DNA of 64,000 nt, taken from the NCBI GenBank assembly GCA_035420965.1, contig DAOLWC010000002.1:970-64969 (forward strand). The letters run 5' to 3'. A program made the translations under genes and the position numbers. Numbering within the stretch: the stretch's first letter is position 1; each line of letters opens with the position of its first letter. Positions 9,250 to 19,617 of the stretch are shown here, piece by piece. The DNA comes from Candidatus Cloacimonadota bacterium. Its GTDB lineage: Bacteria > Cloacimonadota > Cloacimonadia > Cloacimonadales > Cloacimonadaceae. The notes beneath the pieces were generated by a model, which saw only the letters and a list, made by a program, of their open reading frames with translations, did no database searches and was not told the DNA's origin.

Positions 9250-10685
9250 TTCCCCCTTTCTGGCGCCCTATCATTATCCTTGTTGTGGCTGTCTTGGTTT
9301 TGTTTGTTTTGGCAAACTTAATCCCTGCCTCAGACAACGGGCTGTTCCCCATCAAAAAAATGAACATACCCGGAAAGCTCGCTGAAGAAGCACCAAACTC
9401 TCAGAACCAACAACAAAAGCCCATTGAAAACGTTCCACCGGTGGCTAACGAATTGACACCTATATCTGGGTTCATTGACAAGTTGAGAGGATACTCCCAA
9501 AAACAGACTGGCAGTATCAGGATCGCTTATTTTGGAGATTCGATAATCGAGGGTGACCTGATCTCGGGCATGCTGCGCTATCAACTGCAACAGCGATATG
9601 GAGGGTCTGGAATAGGATTGGCCCCCATCACTTCAATTGTAAGCGAATTCCGCACAACTATCCGCCATCGTTTTTCGCGGAATTGGGAAACACAATCCTT
9701 TATGTCGGGAAAGAGCGGCAATTCTTCTTTGGGCATGATAGGTTATACCTTTATCCCCAGAAACTACTATTATGCGGAAACCATTGTCGAGAAAGCTGCT
9801 CCCCCACAGGTTGGCGATAGCGTATTCATCGATACCGCAACGGCAGACAGTGCTGGCATCGCACCCAAGCAAGCTGAAAAGGTAAAAAAGAGATTCTACG
9901 TTGATGGACCAGCCTGGGTGGAATATTCTGGAACAAAAGTCAAAGGTGGGGCTCAGACCTTCAGGCGTATCCGCCTATTCTACAGCCATGCTTCCGAAGG
10001 CTCTTATGTGAATGTTATCCGCGATGGAGGCAGTCCACAACGCTATCAGCTAAGACCTTCCTCCGGCGTCAATATCCTGGATTTGGGCAGCGGCTCCGAA
10101 ATCAGCAAGATTCGCCTGGAATTCAATCCCCTTGATCCTGTCCACCTTTATGGTGTCAGCTTTGATGACGCGACTGGTTTGTATGTGGACAATCTTGCGG
10201 TCAGGGGATACTCTGGCCTCTATTTCCAGAGGATATCCAAAGAGACATTGAAAGATTTCAACGCGGCTCTGGATTATGACCTGATTATCCTCCAATATGG
10301 CGAAAATGTATCGAGTCCCAATATTCGGGATTACAGTAATTACCGGCAAGGCATGATCAAAACCGTACGCCACATCCAATCTGCTCTTCCCGGAGTGCCC
10401 ATCCTGCTGATCAGCGCTCACGACCGGAGCGTAAAACAAAACGGTGTGATGGCTACTTCCGGGGACATACCTGTTCTTGTGGAAGCTCAGGGAAAAGTAG
10501 CCCGGGAGACAGGATGCGGATTCTGGAACCTCTATGAGGCCTTGGGTGGATACAACTCCATGCAAGGATTGGTGAAAGCCAAACCGGCTTTGGCAAACCG
10601 CGATTACACCCATTTTACCAAGGCAGGCGCGGACATGGTTGCCGAATTGCTGTTCAAAGTGATTACCACCGGCCAGGCTCAATGA
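9246..10685 (+). CDS. SGNH/GDSL hydrolase, PatB/Ape-like O-acetyltransferase or esterase
   Basis: FGDS, YGEN, DYTH blocks; N-terminal TM; ATG at 9246 overlaps the upstream TGA. Confidence 0.75.
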   Translation: MIPPFWRPIIILVVAVLVLFVLANLIPASDNGLFPIKKMNIPGKLAEEAPNSQNQQQKPIENVPPVANELTPISGFIDKLRGYSQKQTGSIRIAYFGDSIIEGDLISGMLRYQLQQRYGGSGIGLAPITSIVSEFRTTIRHRFSRNWETQSFMSGKSGNSSLGMIGYTFIPRNYYYAETIVEKAAPPQVGDSVFIDTATADSAGIAPKQAEKVKKRFYVDGPAWVEYSGTKVKGGAQTFRRIRLFYSHASEGSYVNVIRDGGSPQRYQLRPSSGVNILDLGSGSEISKIRLEFNPLDPVHLYGVSFDDATGLYVDNLAVRGYSGLYFQRISKETLKDFNAALDYDLIILQYGENVSSPNIRDYSNYRQGMIKTVRHIQSALPGVPILLISAHDRSVKQNGVMATSGDIPVLVEAQGKVARETGCGFWNLYEALGGYNSMQGLVKAKPALANRDYTHFTKAGADMVAELLFKVITTGQAQ

Positions 10686-10686
10686 T

Positions 10687-11592
10687 ATGTTCCGCAAGCT
10701 CGTAACCAGTTTTGTCTGTCTCAGCCTGTGCCTGCTTTCTGCTCAGGATAAACTTCCCATCGATCTTATGACGGAGATTGAACAGGTGGAGGAGTTTCCC
10801 ATCGAGGTGGACAAACTCGACGAATTCATCCAAAGCTACTACACCCTGCTCGACAGCGAAGAATACTTAAAAGGATTTAGCTTTATAAAAACAGACAGCA
10901 ATACGATACACAACTGGGAAAAGCGCCTGTCCGGTTTCCTGCTGAAACTTATGGAACTGCGGAGCGGGCTGCGGGATCAGGTGACGATCTATCAAATAGG
11001 TGATTCCCATATTAAATCAGGATTTTTGGCGACAACGGTGCGCGCTTCTCTCAAAGAGTATTTTGAAGCGGGGGATTCTGGGCAACATGGCACCCTGAAT
11101 TATCAATTCACAGGGGTCAATGGCGGATCGTTTCAAAACCTGCTTAAGAACACATTGATCTTCAACCGTTGCAAAGAGCTTTCTCCGGATCTGATAATCA
11201 TCTCATTGGGCACCAACGATGCACAGGGAACCTATAATGCAAAACGTTTCCGAGGTGAGTTGGCGGCCTTTATGAATGAATTAAACGCCGTACAGGAGGA
11301 GGCGGTAATTCTGTTTACCCTGCCTCCGGACAGCAACAAAAGAGGCAAGCACAACGCCGATCTGGAAAAGGTCGGGTTTGAGATAGAGTCTTGGGCGGAA
11401 GAACATGATTATGCCTGGTGGGATCTGAGTGTCGTAATGGGGGGCAAAAAGTCCATCTCCAAATGGAGATCGGAAGGATTGGCCTCCAAAGACATGGTCC
11501 ATTTCAGTCCCCAGGGTTACATGCTGCAAGGCAAGCTGCTTTATCAGGCGCTGATGCGCGCTTACACGAGTTACGCGGGAGCGGATGAATGA
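10687..11592 (+). CDS. SGNH/GDSL hydrolase
   Basis: IGDSH, GVNG, LGTND, DMVH blocks; signal peptide. Confidence 0.8.
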   Translation: MFRKLVTSFVCLSLCLLSAQDKLPIDLMTEIEQVEEFPIEVDKLDEFIQSYYTLLDSEEYLKGFSFIKTDSNTIHNWEKRLSGFLLKLMELRSGLRDQVTIYQIGDSHIKSGFLATTVRASLKEYFEAGDSGQHGTLNYQFTGVNGGSFQNLLKNTLIFNRCKELSPDLIIISLGTNDAQGTYNAKRFRGELAAFMNELNAVQEEAVILFTLPPDSNKRGKHNADLEKVGFEIESWAEEHDYAWWDLSVVMGGKKSISKWRSEGLASKDMVHFSPQGYMLQGKLLYQALMRAYTSYAGADE

Positions 11593-13067
11593 ACTGGACT
11601 GCATTTTTACGTCAGCTGTTGTATGATCCCGCAAATCCATTGATTTTCAACAGTTCTTTTTTCCTTGGCTTCTTCATAGTGTTGATGCTGTTTTACCCCC
11701 TGGTCGTCTCCAGGATCAGGGTTAGAACCTGGTACCTGCTGCTGTTTTCCCTCTATTTCTACTACAAGACCAGCGGTGTATTTCTTCTTCTGCTGCTGCT
11801 TACTGCGGGCATCAACTTTGTTATCGGATCCTGGATTGCCAAAGCAAACAGCAAGGCTGCGAAAAAAAGACTGATCTGGCTAAGCATTGCCTGGAACCTT
11901 GGTTCGCTTGGGTGGTACAAATACACAAACTTCATTATCGACACCATCAACCAGATAACAGGTGGCTCGATTCCCGCCATGGATATTTTCCTGCCGGTTG
12001 GGATATCGTTTTTCACTTTCCAGACCATGAGTTACACTCTGGATATCTATTTTGGTAAGTTGGAGCCCATCCGCAGTTTTGCCGATTTCGCGTTTTTCGT
12101 GTCGTTCTTCCCGCAATTGGTAGCTGGCCCCATCCTGCGGGCATCGCAATTCATACCCCAGATCAACGCGCGCTTATCACTCGATAAAGAAAGGATCGCC
12201 CAAGCCCTGGTGCTAATTTTTGCCGGATTGATCAAGAAGGGGGTGATTGCGGATTATATCAGCCTGAATTTCGTTGATCGTGTGTTCGATAATCCCGCCC
12301 TTTTCTCCGGAGTAGAGAACCTGCTGGCCGTGTATGGCTATGGTTTGCAGATCTATTGCGATTTTAGCGGCTACTCCGATATCGCGATTGGCCTGGCAAC
12401 ACTGATGGGATTTCATCTTCCGGCAAACTTTAACAGCCCCTACCGCGCCACTTCGATCACGGACTTCTGGCGAAGGTGGCATATATCACTCAGCTCATGG
12501 TTGAGGGATTATCTTTATATACCTTTGGGAGGTAACCGCAAGGGGAAAGTCCGAACCTATATCAATTTACTTTTGACCATGCTGTTAGGCGGTTTATGGC
12601 ATGGAGCTTCCTGGAATTTTGTGTTTTGGGGAGGAATACATGGCATTGCCCTGGCGATCGATAAGTTTTTTATCGGACTCAAGCTGTTTCAAAGAGTATC
12701 CAACCAACATGTCCAGAATTTTTTGAAGCTGCTTGGTGTTTTATTGACCTTCAACTTCGTTTCCTTTGCGTGGATTTTCTTTCGTAGCCAGAGTTTCTCC
12801 AGCGCCTGGCAAATGATCTCGCTGATCTTTAACCAGATCAACGCTGAACGTTTTATCATCTGGATTTCTCAATACAGGATAGTGGCTGCTTTGATAGCTT
12901 TGGGATACCTGCTCCATTGGCTGCCAAAGCAATACAAGGTACTATGTGAAAAAGTGCTGTGCAAGTCTCCTATACTCGTTCAATCTATCATTTTAGCAAT
13001 CATCATCTGGGTCTTGTTCCAGTTCAAATCCTCTGAGGTTCAGCCTTTTATCTATTTCCAGTTTTAA
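11589..13067 (+). CDS. MBOAT O-acyltransferase (AlgI/PatA family)
   Basis: LPVGISFFTFQ, FFPQLVAGPI, DFSGYSD, FWRRWHISLS.W.RDY, GLWHGA, FIYFQF terminus. Confidence 0.92.
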   Translation: MNWTAFLRQLLYDPANPLIFNSSFFLGFFIVLMLFYPLVVSRIRVRTWYLLLFSLYFYYKTSGVFLLLLLLTAGINFVIGSWIAKANSKAAKKRLIWLSIAWNLGSLGWYKYTNFIIDTINQITGGSIPAMDIFLPVGISFFTFQTMSYTLDIYFGKLEPIRSFADFAFFVSFFPQLVAGPILRASQFIPQINARLSLDKERIAQALVLIFAGLIKKGVIADYISLNFVDRVFDNPALFSGVENLLAVYGYGLQIYCDFSGYSDIAIGLATLMGFHLPANFNSPYRATSITDFWRRWHISLSSWLRDYLYIPLGGNRKGKVRTYINLLLTMLLGGLWHGASWNFVFWGGIHGIALAIDKFFIGLKLFQRVSNQHVQNFLKLLGVLLTFNFVSFAWIFFRSQSFSSAWQMISLIFNQINAERFIIWISQYRIVAALIALGYLLHWLPKQYKVLCEKVLCKSPILVQSIILAIIIWVLFQFKSSEVQPFIYFQF

Positions 13068-13147
13068 AAAACGCTATCATTTTCGTACGATGCGTTAGGC
13101 GTACTTAATCCTTTCATACAGCTATACCCATTTACGCAGATTCAGAT

Positions 13148-13257
13148 GGCCCTCATACCCTCATGACTCACTGATCACTAATTGATCGCTGACCAATCGC
13201 CCAAACGGTTATCGTTCGGACATCAATGGGCGTTCAATACATCGTCAGGAAATGAGG
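13148..13257. repeat. Intergenic module B, copy 1 (about 110 bp, 11-bp-periodic)
   Basis: ggccctcataccctcatgactcactgatcactaattgatcgctgaccaatcgc matches the reverse complement of the right halves of the 28.9-kb and 59.1-kb copies. Confidence 0.85.
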
Positions 13258-13314
13258 AGAACATGGGGAAATCCCCCTTGATATACTTGCACCAATGAAT
13301 TCAATACGCTTACT

Positions 13315-13412
13315 ATTCCGTTTTTACTTCATAGCTCCGTCCTTTGCTGCTACAGGCTTTGGAGCCATCATCCTTAGGTCATCCTTATAAATTATAAGGT
13401 TGACCTAAGGAA
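13315..13412. repeat. Intergenic module A, copy 2 (partial; palindrome 13372-13410)
   Basis: ccttaggtca-t-ccttataa-a-ttataagg-t-tgacctaagg plus upstream flank similar to 2861-2910. Confidence 0.95.
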
Positions 13413-13566
13413 AATATAGACTTAGCCTCCTCGCGCGCGCGAGGGCTTGCTGAATTTGAGATCAGACCGATTTCGCTTGACAGATAAGCCCCGCGCAAAT
13501 GTTATTCTGGACAAGTTAATTTCCTTAGAAAATCATACCCTGCGCTGCGGGGAGCTGGAGATACAA

Positions 13567-14172
13567 ATGAAATATTACAAAAAGCTGATTGGCGAAAAGT
13601 GCTACCTTTCGCCTATCTCTTTGGATGACGTGGAACGCTACACCGAATGGGTGAACGACATGGAGATGGGACTCTTCATGCAGTTTTCCATTGGAATCAT
13701 TGATTTGGACAAGGAACGTGAGCTTTTGCAGCAACTGATGAAGGAAAGTTTTACATTCGCGATCGTGGAAAAGGACATCAACAAAGCCGTTGGCAACTGC
13801 AGTCTGATGGGGATCAGTAGCGTGCATCGGCATTCGTGGTTCGGAATTTTCATAGGGGACAAAACATATTGGAACCGCGGCATAGGAACCGAGGCCACTA
13901 ACCTGATCCTGGACTACGGATTCAACGTACTGAACCTGAACAACATCAGCCTCGAAGTTTTTGACTTCAATAAACGCGCTATACGTTGCTATGAAAAAGT
14001 TGGATTCACCAAGGTTGGAATCAGGCGCAAATACGTTTATATTGCAGGCAATTATCATGATGTAGTGATCTACGACATTCTTGCCGAGGAATTTAAAAGT
14101 CCCTATGTGAACCAGATATTTGAACGCAGCACCAGCGAAGAAGCGGGACGGGGAAAGATCACATTCGGGTAA
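13567..14172 (+). CDS. GNAT N-acetyltransferase (RimJ/RimL-like)
   Basis: YWNRGIGTEA acetyl-CoA motif, N.RAIRCYEKVGF; GGAG RBS just before ATG 13567. Confidence 0.85.
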   Translation: MKYYKKLIGEKCYLSPISLDDVERYTEWVNDMEMGLFMQFSIGIIDLDKERELLQQLMKESFTFAIVEKDINKAVGNCSLMGISSVHRHSWFGIFIGDKTYWNRGIGTEATNLILDYGFNVLNLNNISLEVFDFNKRAIRCYEKVGFTKVGIRRKYVYIAGNYHDVVIYDILAEEFKSPYVNQIFERSTSEEAGRGKITFG

Positions 14173-14202
14173 CAAACTCTTTATATTAATTTAGAACTGA
14201 CA

Positions 14203-15324
14203 ATGTTTAGAGAAATCAAGGGTCAGGATCGCGCCCTTAAGGTCATTCAACAGGCAATTGCAAGTGAAAGGGTGAGCCAGGCGTATTTGTTTCACGGCAT
14301 CGATGGCGTGGGAAAATTCACCACTGCCCTGTATTTTGGCATGGCGTTGAACTGTCTATCAGAAAGCGAATTCAAGCCTTGCGGTGTTTGTAATTCCTGC
14401 CGTAAGTTTTTAGCTTTTGATCATCCTGATTTTATCTACCTCTTCCCCGCTCCCAACATGAATATTACCGTGGATGGAGAAATCGATAAAAGTGAAGATC
14501 AAATGCAGTATATGGCTTACATCCGCAATAAAATAGAGACTCCCTGGAAAGACTATTTTTTCAAACGCTCGATAGGAATCAGACGCGACGCCATCACGAT
14601 GCTGAACAAAAAGCTTTATTACTCAATGTTTGAAGCCAAATACAGAGTTTGCATCATCGAAGACGCGGATGAAATGAATCACCAAACCGCCAACTCATTT
14701 CTTAAAACTCTTGAAGAACCACCTCCTTCCACAGTGATAATCCTGATTACCAACCGGCTTTCGATGTTGCTGCCCACTATCGTTTCACGTTGCCAGCCAA
14801 TTTACTTCGTACCTGTCTCTCCCCATGTGATAGAAAAAATACTGGTGGACAAGTTCCATGCCAGTCCGGAAAACGCCCGTACCGCCTCCCGCATAGCTGA
14901 AGGCAACGTAAAACGTGCGGTAAAGCTGATAGAGGACGAAGCGTCTGATTTGCGGGAACTAGCATTTGAAATCCTCCAGATGGCATCTACCGGAAAGGAT
15001 TACAGCTTCTATCAAACGATCTATAATACAAAGTCCAGACTAAGCGCAGAAACTATGAACGAGCTTATCAAGTATATCTGCCTGTATATTGGTGACCTGA
15101 ATCTGATCGGTGAAGCTCCGGAACAAATCTCAAATGTCGATAAACTGGATTCATTGCATAACATGGTTGAATCAATCGCGGAGAAAGATGCAGCTCTGCT
15201 TTCCGACCGGATTTGGAGGTTCCTGTTGCGTATGGAGGATCTGCAGCGCAAGGTCAATGGAAACGTTAACACCAGTCTGGTATTGATCAACCTATACCTG
15301 CAACTGTGTAAAGTCTTTCGCTGA
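14203..15324 (+). CDS. holB: DNA polymerase III delta-prime subunit
   Basis: AYLFHG.DGVGK, C...CGVCNSC, HPD, ANSFLKTLEEP, TIVSRC. Confidence 0.88.
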   Translation: MFREIKGQDRALKVIQQAIASERVSQAYLFHGIDGVGKFTTALYFGMALNCLSESEFKPCGVCNSCRKFLAFDHPDFIYLFPAPNMNITVDGEIDKSEDQMQYMAYIRNKIETPWKDYFFKRSIGIRRDAITMLNKKLYYSMFEAKYRVCIIEDADEMNHQTANSFLKTLEEPPPSTVIILITNRLSMLLPTIVSRCQPIYFVPVSPHVIEKILVDKFHASPENARTASRIAEGNVKRAVKLIEDEASDLRELAFEILQMASTGKDYSFYQTIYNTKSRLSAETMNELIKYICLYIGDLNLIGEAPEQISNVDKLDSLHNMVESIAEKDAALLSDRIWRFLLRMEDLQRKVNGNVNTSLVLINLYLQLCKVFR

Positions 15325-15332
15325 TTAGTAGG

Positions 15333-16892
15333 ATGTCGCAAAAAAAACTGGCACGTAACGTAAGCGTGATGTCGTTTGCCATCATGATAAGCAGGGTATT
15401 TGGCCTGCTACGCGATCAGCTGATGGCTTTCTGTTTTGGCGCATCATTTCTTAATGACGCCTTCGTAGTGGGATACCGTATTCCCAACTTGCTTCGCAGT
15501 CTGTTTGGCGAAGGAGCCCTTTCAGCTTCATTTATTCCTATATACAACGAAATTGGCATCAAAGAAGACCAGCGTTCTCAGTTCACCTTTGCCTTGCAGG
15601 TGCTATCCATTCTCTCTGCTTTTCTATTGATTCTGACTATATTGGGGATTGTGTTCGCGCCCTGGATAGTAAAAGTGATCTTTGCCGGGCTTCCTCCACA
15701 AACCTACAAACTGGCAGTGATCCTGACCAGAATCATGATGCCCTACCTGCTCTGGATTGGACTCTCCTCGACCATGATAGCCATTTTGAACTCCCATGAC
15801 TACTTCTTCATGACAGGTTTGTCCTCTGCCCTGCTCAACATTGGTATGATACTCAGTATGATACTTCCCAAAATGCTGGGCGTGGAAGGTGTGGCTCTGG
15901 TTAAATGGGCGGCCGTAGGTGTTTTTGGCGGGGGAATGTTGCAGACAGTGGTCAACTTCCCCTATCTGAAAAAGATCGGATATAAGTTCAAGATATTGCT
16001 AAACTTTCATGGCGAAGCTATCAAATCCCTCTGGACACGCTTTATTCCTTCATTGATAGGGGTTGGCATCCGTGAGATAAACCTGATTGCTGACAGTCTC
16101 ATGGCGTCTTTCCTGGTAGTGGGCAGCATCTCAGCCCTGGAGTATGCCAACAGGCTTTTTCATCTTCCTCTGGGTGTATTTGCCATCTCGACCGGAATGG
16201 CTTTGTTGCCTACCTACTCAAGATTGGTTACTTTGGGCGACTATGAAGAGTTAAAAAAAACACTGCGCTTTGCTTCAGTATCGCTTGCTTATGCCATCCT
16301 GCCTGTAACAACACTGATACTTGCCCTGGGTGGGGACATGGTGCGGATTCTGTTCCAAAGAGGCGCTTTCGATGAAAGAGCCAGCATCATGACGGAGCAG
16401 GCTCTTTTCTATTATTCTTTGGGCTTGATCTTTTTCAGCCTGAACCAGACCCTGACACCTTTGTTCTATGCCAATAAAGACACCAAAACACCCGTTAAGA
16501 TCGCGGCCTGGATGGTGGGCTTGAACATTGTGTTGAACTTCATCCTCATGCAGTTCATGCAACACAGAGGACTGGCTTTTGCTACCACGATCACAGCCAT
16601 GGTGAACTTCTTTGCACTCCTGATCCTGATCAGGAAAAGTATGCCCAAGCTGAGTTTCGAAGGAATTCTGCCAAATATTCTCAAGAGTGTCCTCATCTGC
16701 GGTATCCTCTATTTGCTTTGCATCGGAGTAAAGCATGCCTTTCCAGACACAGGGTTGATCCAAATCATAGTCAGGGATTCGATAATTGTTATACTGTCCC
16801 TCTTAACATTCTATGGATTGGGTATGGTCGTTAAGCTGGACTATCTTCATGAGGCGACGCTGAGTTTATGGAAGAAATTCCGCCGAAAGTAG
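15333..16892 (+). CDS. murJ: Lipid II flippase MurJ
   Basis: SRVFGLLRD, RIPNLLRSLFGEGALS..FIP, YANRL..LPLGVF, RGAF. Confidence 0.95.
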   Translation: MSQKKLARNVSVMSFAIMISRVFGLLRDQLMAFCFGASFLNDAFVVGYRIPNLLRSLFGEGALSASFIPIYNEIGIKEDQRSQFTFALQVLSILSAFLLILTILGIVFAPWIVKVIFAGLPPQTYKLAVILTRIMMPYLLWIGLSSTMIAILNSHDYFFMTGLSSALLNIGMILSMILPKMLGVEGVALVKWAAVGVFGGGMLQTVVNFPYLKKIGYKFKILLNFHGEAIKSLWTRFIPSLIGVGIREINLIADSLMASFLVVGSISALEYANRLFHLPLGVFAISTGMALLPTYSRLVTLGDYEELKKTLRFASVSLAYAILPVTTLILALGGDMVRILFQRGAFDERASIMTEQALFYYSLGLIFFSLNQTLTPLFYANKDTKTPVKIAAWMVGLNIVLNFILMQFMQHRGLAFATTITAMVNFFALLILIRKSMPKLSFEGILPNILKSVLICGILYLLCIGVKHAFPDTGLIQIIVRDSIIVILSLLTFYGLGMVVKLDYLHEATLSLWKKFRRK

Positions 16893-18700
16893 AAGGCAAA
16901 CTCAGACTGCTGCCTGATCAGCCAGGCATCTATATTTGGAAAGACTCTGAGGATGCCGTGCTGTATGTGGGCAAGGCGAAGTCACTCAAGCACAGGGTGA
17001 GGTCATATTGGAGCAGTACCGCCAAAGACATCAAAACCAGTCACCTGTTGAGGTATATAAATGATCTCGATTACATTATAACACCATCCGAAAGTGACGC
17101 TTTCATACTTGAATCAACCCTGATCAAACGGCACAAACCCAAATACAACATCCTGTTAAAAGATGATAAGCGTTATCCCTTTGTCAAGATAACTGTTCAA
17201 GACCCCTATCCACGAATTCTTATTACCCGGGAAGTTATCAAAGATGGTGCAAAGTATTTTGGCCCCTATACCGACACCAAGTCCTTACGATTTACCTTGC
17301 GTAACTTTGAATGGATTTTCCCTATCCGCAACTGCACCCGCAAAATCCCCTTTGGCCCTCCCAAATTCAAGAAGTCCTGTATAAACCATCAATTGGGGAA
17401 ATGCCTGGCCCCTTGCGTAGGGGCGGTTGACCACCAAGAGTATATGAGGGTGGTAAAAAGGCAGATAGATTTTTTCTCTGGCAAACATGAAGAAGTGATA
17501 GACGAACTTCGCGCTGAAATGAACGAACTCTCGGAAAGCCTGCAATTTGAAAAAGCCGCTGCCATCAGAGACAGGATTAACGCGATTGAAAAGATTCATA
17601 GAAGACAGATTGTGTATTCCACAGAAAAGCACAACGCGGATGTTATCGGTATTTACCAGGAAGAAAATGTAACCATCTGTGTGGTTTTACGTATTCTGAG
17701 TGGAGCGGTGGCAAACCAGGAAAGCTATCCTCTGATTAACACTCAGGATCAATCCCTTGATGAGATCCTTGAAGCATTTCTCAAGCTTTACTACTCCGAT
17801 AGAGATGAGTTGCCCGACGAGATCATTTTGCCTTTTGAGCCTGCCTCCATTGAGGAACTTAATGCCTGGCTTGATCACAAGCTTAGCATCCCTCAAAGAG
17901 GTGATAAGACAAAACTCCTGGCGATGGCCAAACGCAACGCTTTCAACCTGGTCGAAGAGAAAAAGCTGGCACATCTGAGAAAAGCAAACCGCACGGTGTT
18001 TCCGATCCAGGAATTGAAAGAGAAACTGGATCTCCCCAAACTGCCGCGAAAGATCGTTTGCATGGATATCTCCACTATTCAAGGCACCGATACAGTCTCT
18101 TCGGCAGTTTTTTTTGAAAACGCTAAACCAAAAAAGAAATATTACAGGCATTTCATTATCAGGCAGATCGACACCCAAAATGACTACGCCGCACTTCAGG
18201 AAACGATGAGCAGATATCTGCAAGAAGTAGAGAAAGACAAGGATATGCTCCCCGATCTCTTTGTGATTGATGGCGGAAAAGGTCAGTTGGCTGCTTCTGC
18301 TTCGATTCTGGAGAACTCAAGTTATAAAGCCATTCCGGTCATTTCCCTCGCAAAAAGGGCTGAAGAGATCTTCACCCCCGAGGCAAGCGAATCGATAATC
18401 CTCTCCAGATCTTCCTCCTCTTTGAGATTGCTGACAACCATGCGAGACGAGGCACATCGGTTCGCAATCAATTTCCACCGCTCCAGGCGCACCAAAAGGA
18501 CGCTTGTCAGCGAGCTTGAGGATATAACCGGCGTTGGAAAGCAGACCAAGTTTATACTGCTAAAAGCTCTTGGTTCCGTGGAGAACATCCGCAACGCATC
18601 AATTGAAGAGCTTTGTTCTATCAAGGGGATAGGTAAAACCATTGCTGGAAAAATCCTTAAACACTTTCAGCACATTGATATGAGCAAACAAGATGAATGA
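16868..18700 (+). CDS. uvrC: Excinuclease ABC subunit C
   Basis: PGIY..YVGKAK.L..RV.SY GIY-YIG domain, FEKAA.IRD UVR motif, DIS, IDGGKGQ, RDEAHRFA, HhH. Confidence 0.96.
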   Translation: MEEIPPKVEGKLRLLPDQPGIYIWKDSEDAVLYVGKAKSLKHRVRSYWSSTAKDIKTSHLLRYINDLDYIITPSESDAFILESTLIKRHKPKYNILLKDDKRYPFVKITVQDPYPRILITREVIKDGAKYFGPYTDTKSLRFTLRNFEWIFPIRNCTRKIPFGPPKFKKSCINHQLGKCLAPCVGAVDHQEYMRVVKRQIDFFSGKHEEVIDELRAEMNELSESLQFEKAAAIRDRINAIEKIHRRQIVYSTEKHNADVIGIYQEENVTICVVLRILSGAVANQESYPLINTQDQSLDEILEAFLKLYYSDRDELPDEIILPFEPASIEELNAWLDHKLSIPQRGDKTKLLAMAKRNAFNLVEEKKLAHLRKANRTVFPIQELKEKLDLPKLPRKIVCMDISTIQGTDTVSSAVFFENAKPKKKYYRHFIIRQIDTQNDYAALQETMSRYLQEVEKDKDMLPDLFVIDGGKGQLAASASILENSSYKAIPVISLAKRAEEIFTPEASESIILSRSSSSLRLLTTMRDEAHRFAINFHRSRRTKRTLVSELEDITGVGKQTKFILLKALGSVENIRNASIEELCSIKGIGKTIAGKILKHFQHIDMSKQDE

Positions 18701-18799
18701 TAGCGGATGCCGTTCATGAATATGGTTACGAAGGGATTCATCAAGATACCGGTTTATAACAGATGGCCCCGCAATTTTAGGCATAGAGGAATTAAAGGC

Positions 18800-18829
18800 T
18801 TGACAAGATACACAGAACGTCAATACAAT
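18800..18829 (+). promoter_or_regulatory. Putative sigma70 promoter of the TetR gene
   Basis: TTGACA (18800) N18 TACAAT (18824), upstream of an AAGGAG RBS. Confidence 0.5.
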
Positions 18830-18867
18830 GGTTATAGAAATATATTAGTTTGGGAAAGGAGTCAATA

Positions 18868-19479
18868 ATGGAGCTTTATCCACGACCACGAAAAAAATCT
18901 GTGATGCCCAAGGACTACCGCAACAAGATCCTGACTGCTGCTGTCAAAGTTTTCGCTCAAAAAGGCTATGTAAATACAACCATGTCCGATGTTTCCATAC
19001 ACGCAAAAGTAGGTATCGGGACCTTATACAACTATTTTAAGAATAAGGACGATCTCTTGCTCCAGTGTATGAAAAAAATGATAGAAGATGAAATCCAACA
19101 AATCGAAGCTGCAAGCTCGGACATCACAGATCCCATCGATAAATTGGAAACTTTCTTTTTAAAGCGCAGCGAACTAATCCAGAGTAAACCACATGTGGCG
19201 CGCTTTATGGTTGTGGAACTCAGGCAGAGTGAGAGTTTTTACAAACGAAACCCCTCATACAATCCCATGCACTACTATTTGAGTTATCTGAATAATATCT
19301 TCTCTGAAGCCATGAAAAGTGGCAGGATTAAAAACATCAATATCGACACTCTTTGTTACATGATCCTGGGAACAATGGATTTCACATTTACACAATGGCT
19401 GATCAGCGGTAAAACCTTGGATATAAAGCCAATTATCATGAATGTGCGTTCTATATTACGAACAGGTATAGGCAAGTAA
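18868..19479 (+). CDS. TetR/AcrR family regulator
   Basis: IL.AA..VFA.KGY..TTM.DV...A.VG.GTLYNYFKNKDDL HTH. Confidence 0.9.
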   Translation: MELYPRPRKKSVMPKDYRNKILTAAVKVFAQKGYVNTTMSDVSIHAKVGIGTLYNYFKNKDDLLLQCMKKMIEDEIQQIEAASSDITDPIDKLETFFLKRSELIQSKPHVARFMVVELRQSESFYKRNPSYNPMHYYLSYLNNIFSEAMKSGRIKNINIDTLCYMILGTMDFTFTQWLISGKTLDIKPIIMNVRSILRTGIGK

Positions 19480-19617
19480 TGTGGTTGACTGCTGTCAATT
19501 TGTGCAACTAATTTGAAACTGATAGTACCTGCCAGATTAATCCGCGCAAGCGGTATTGGAGACACTGGAAGCCTGTCTGCAGCCAATCCTTTCCCACTAA
19601 AGGCTATTATTAACGAT

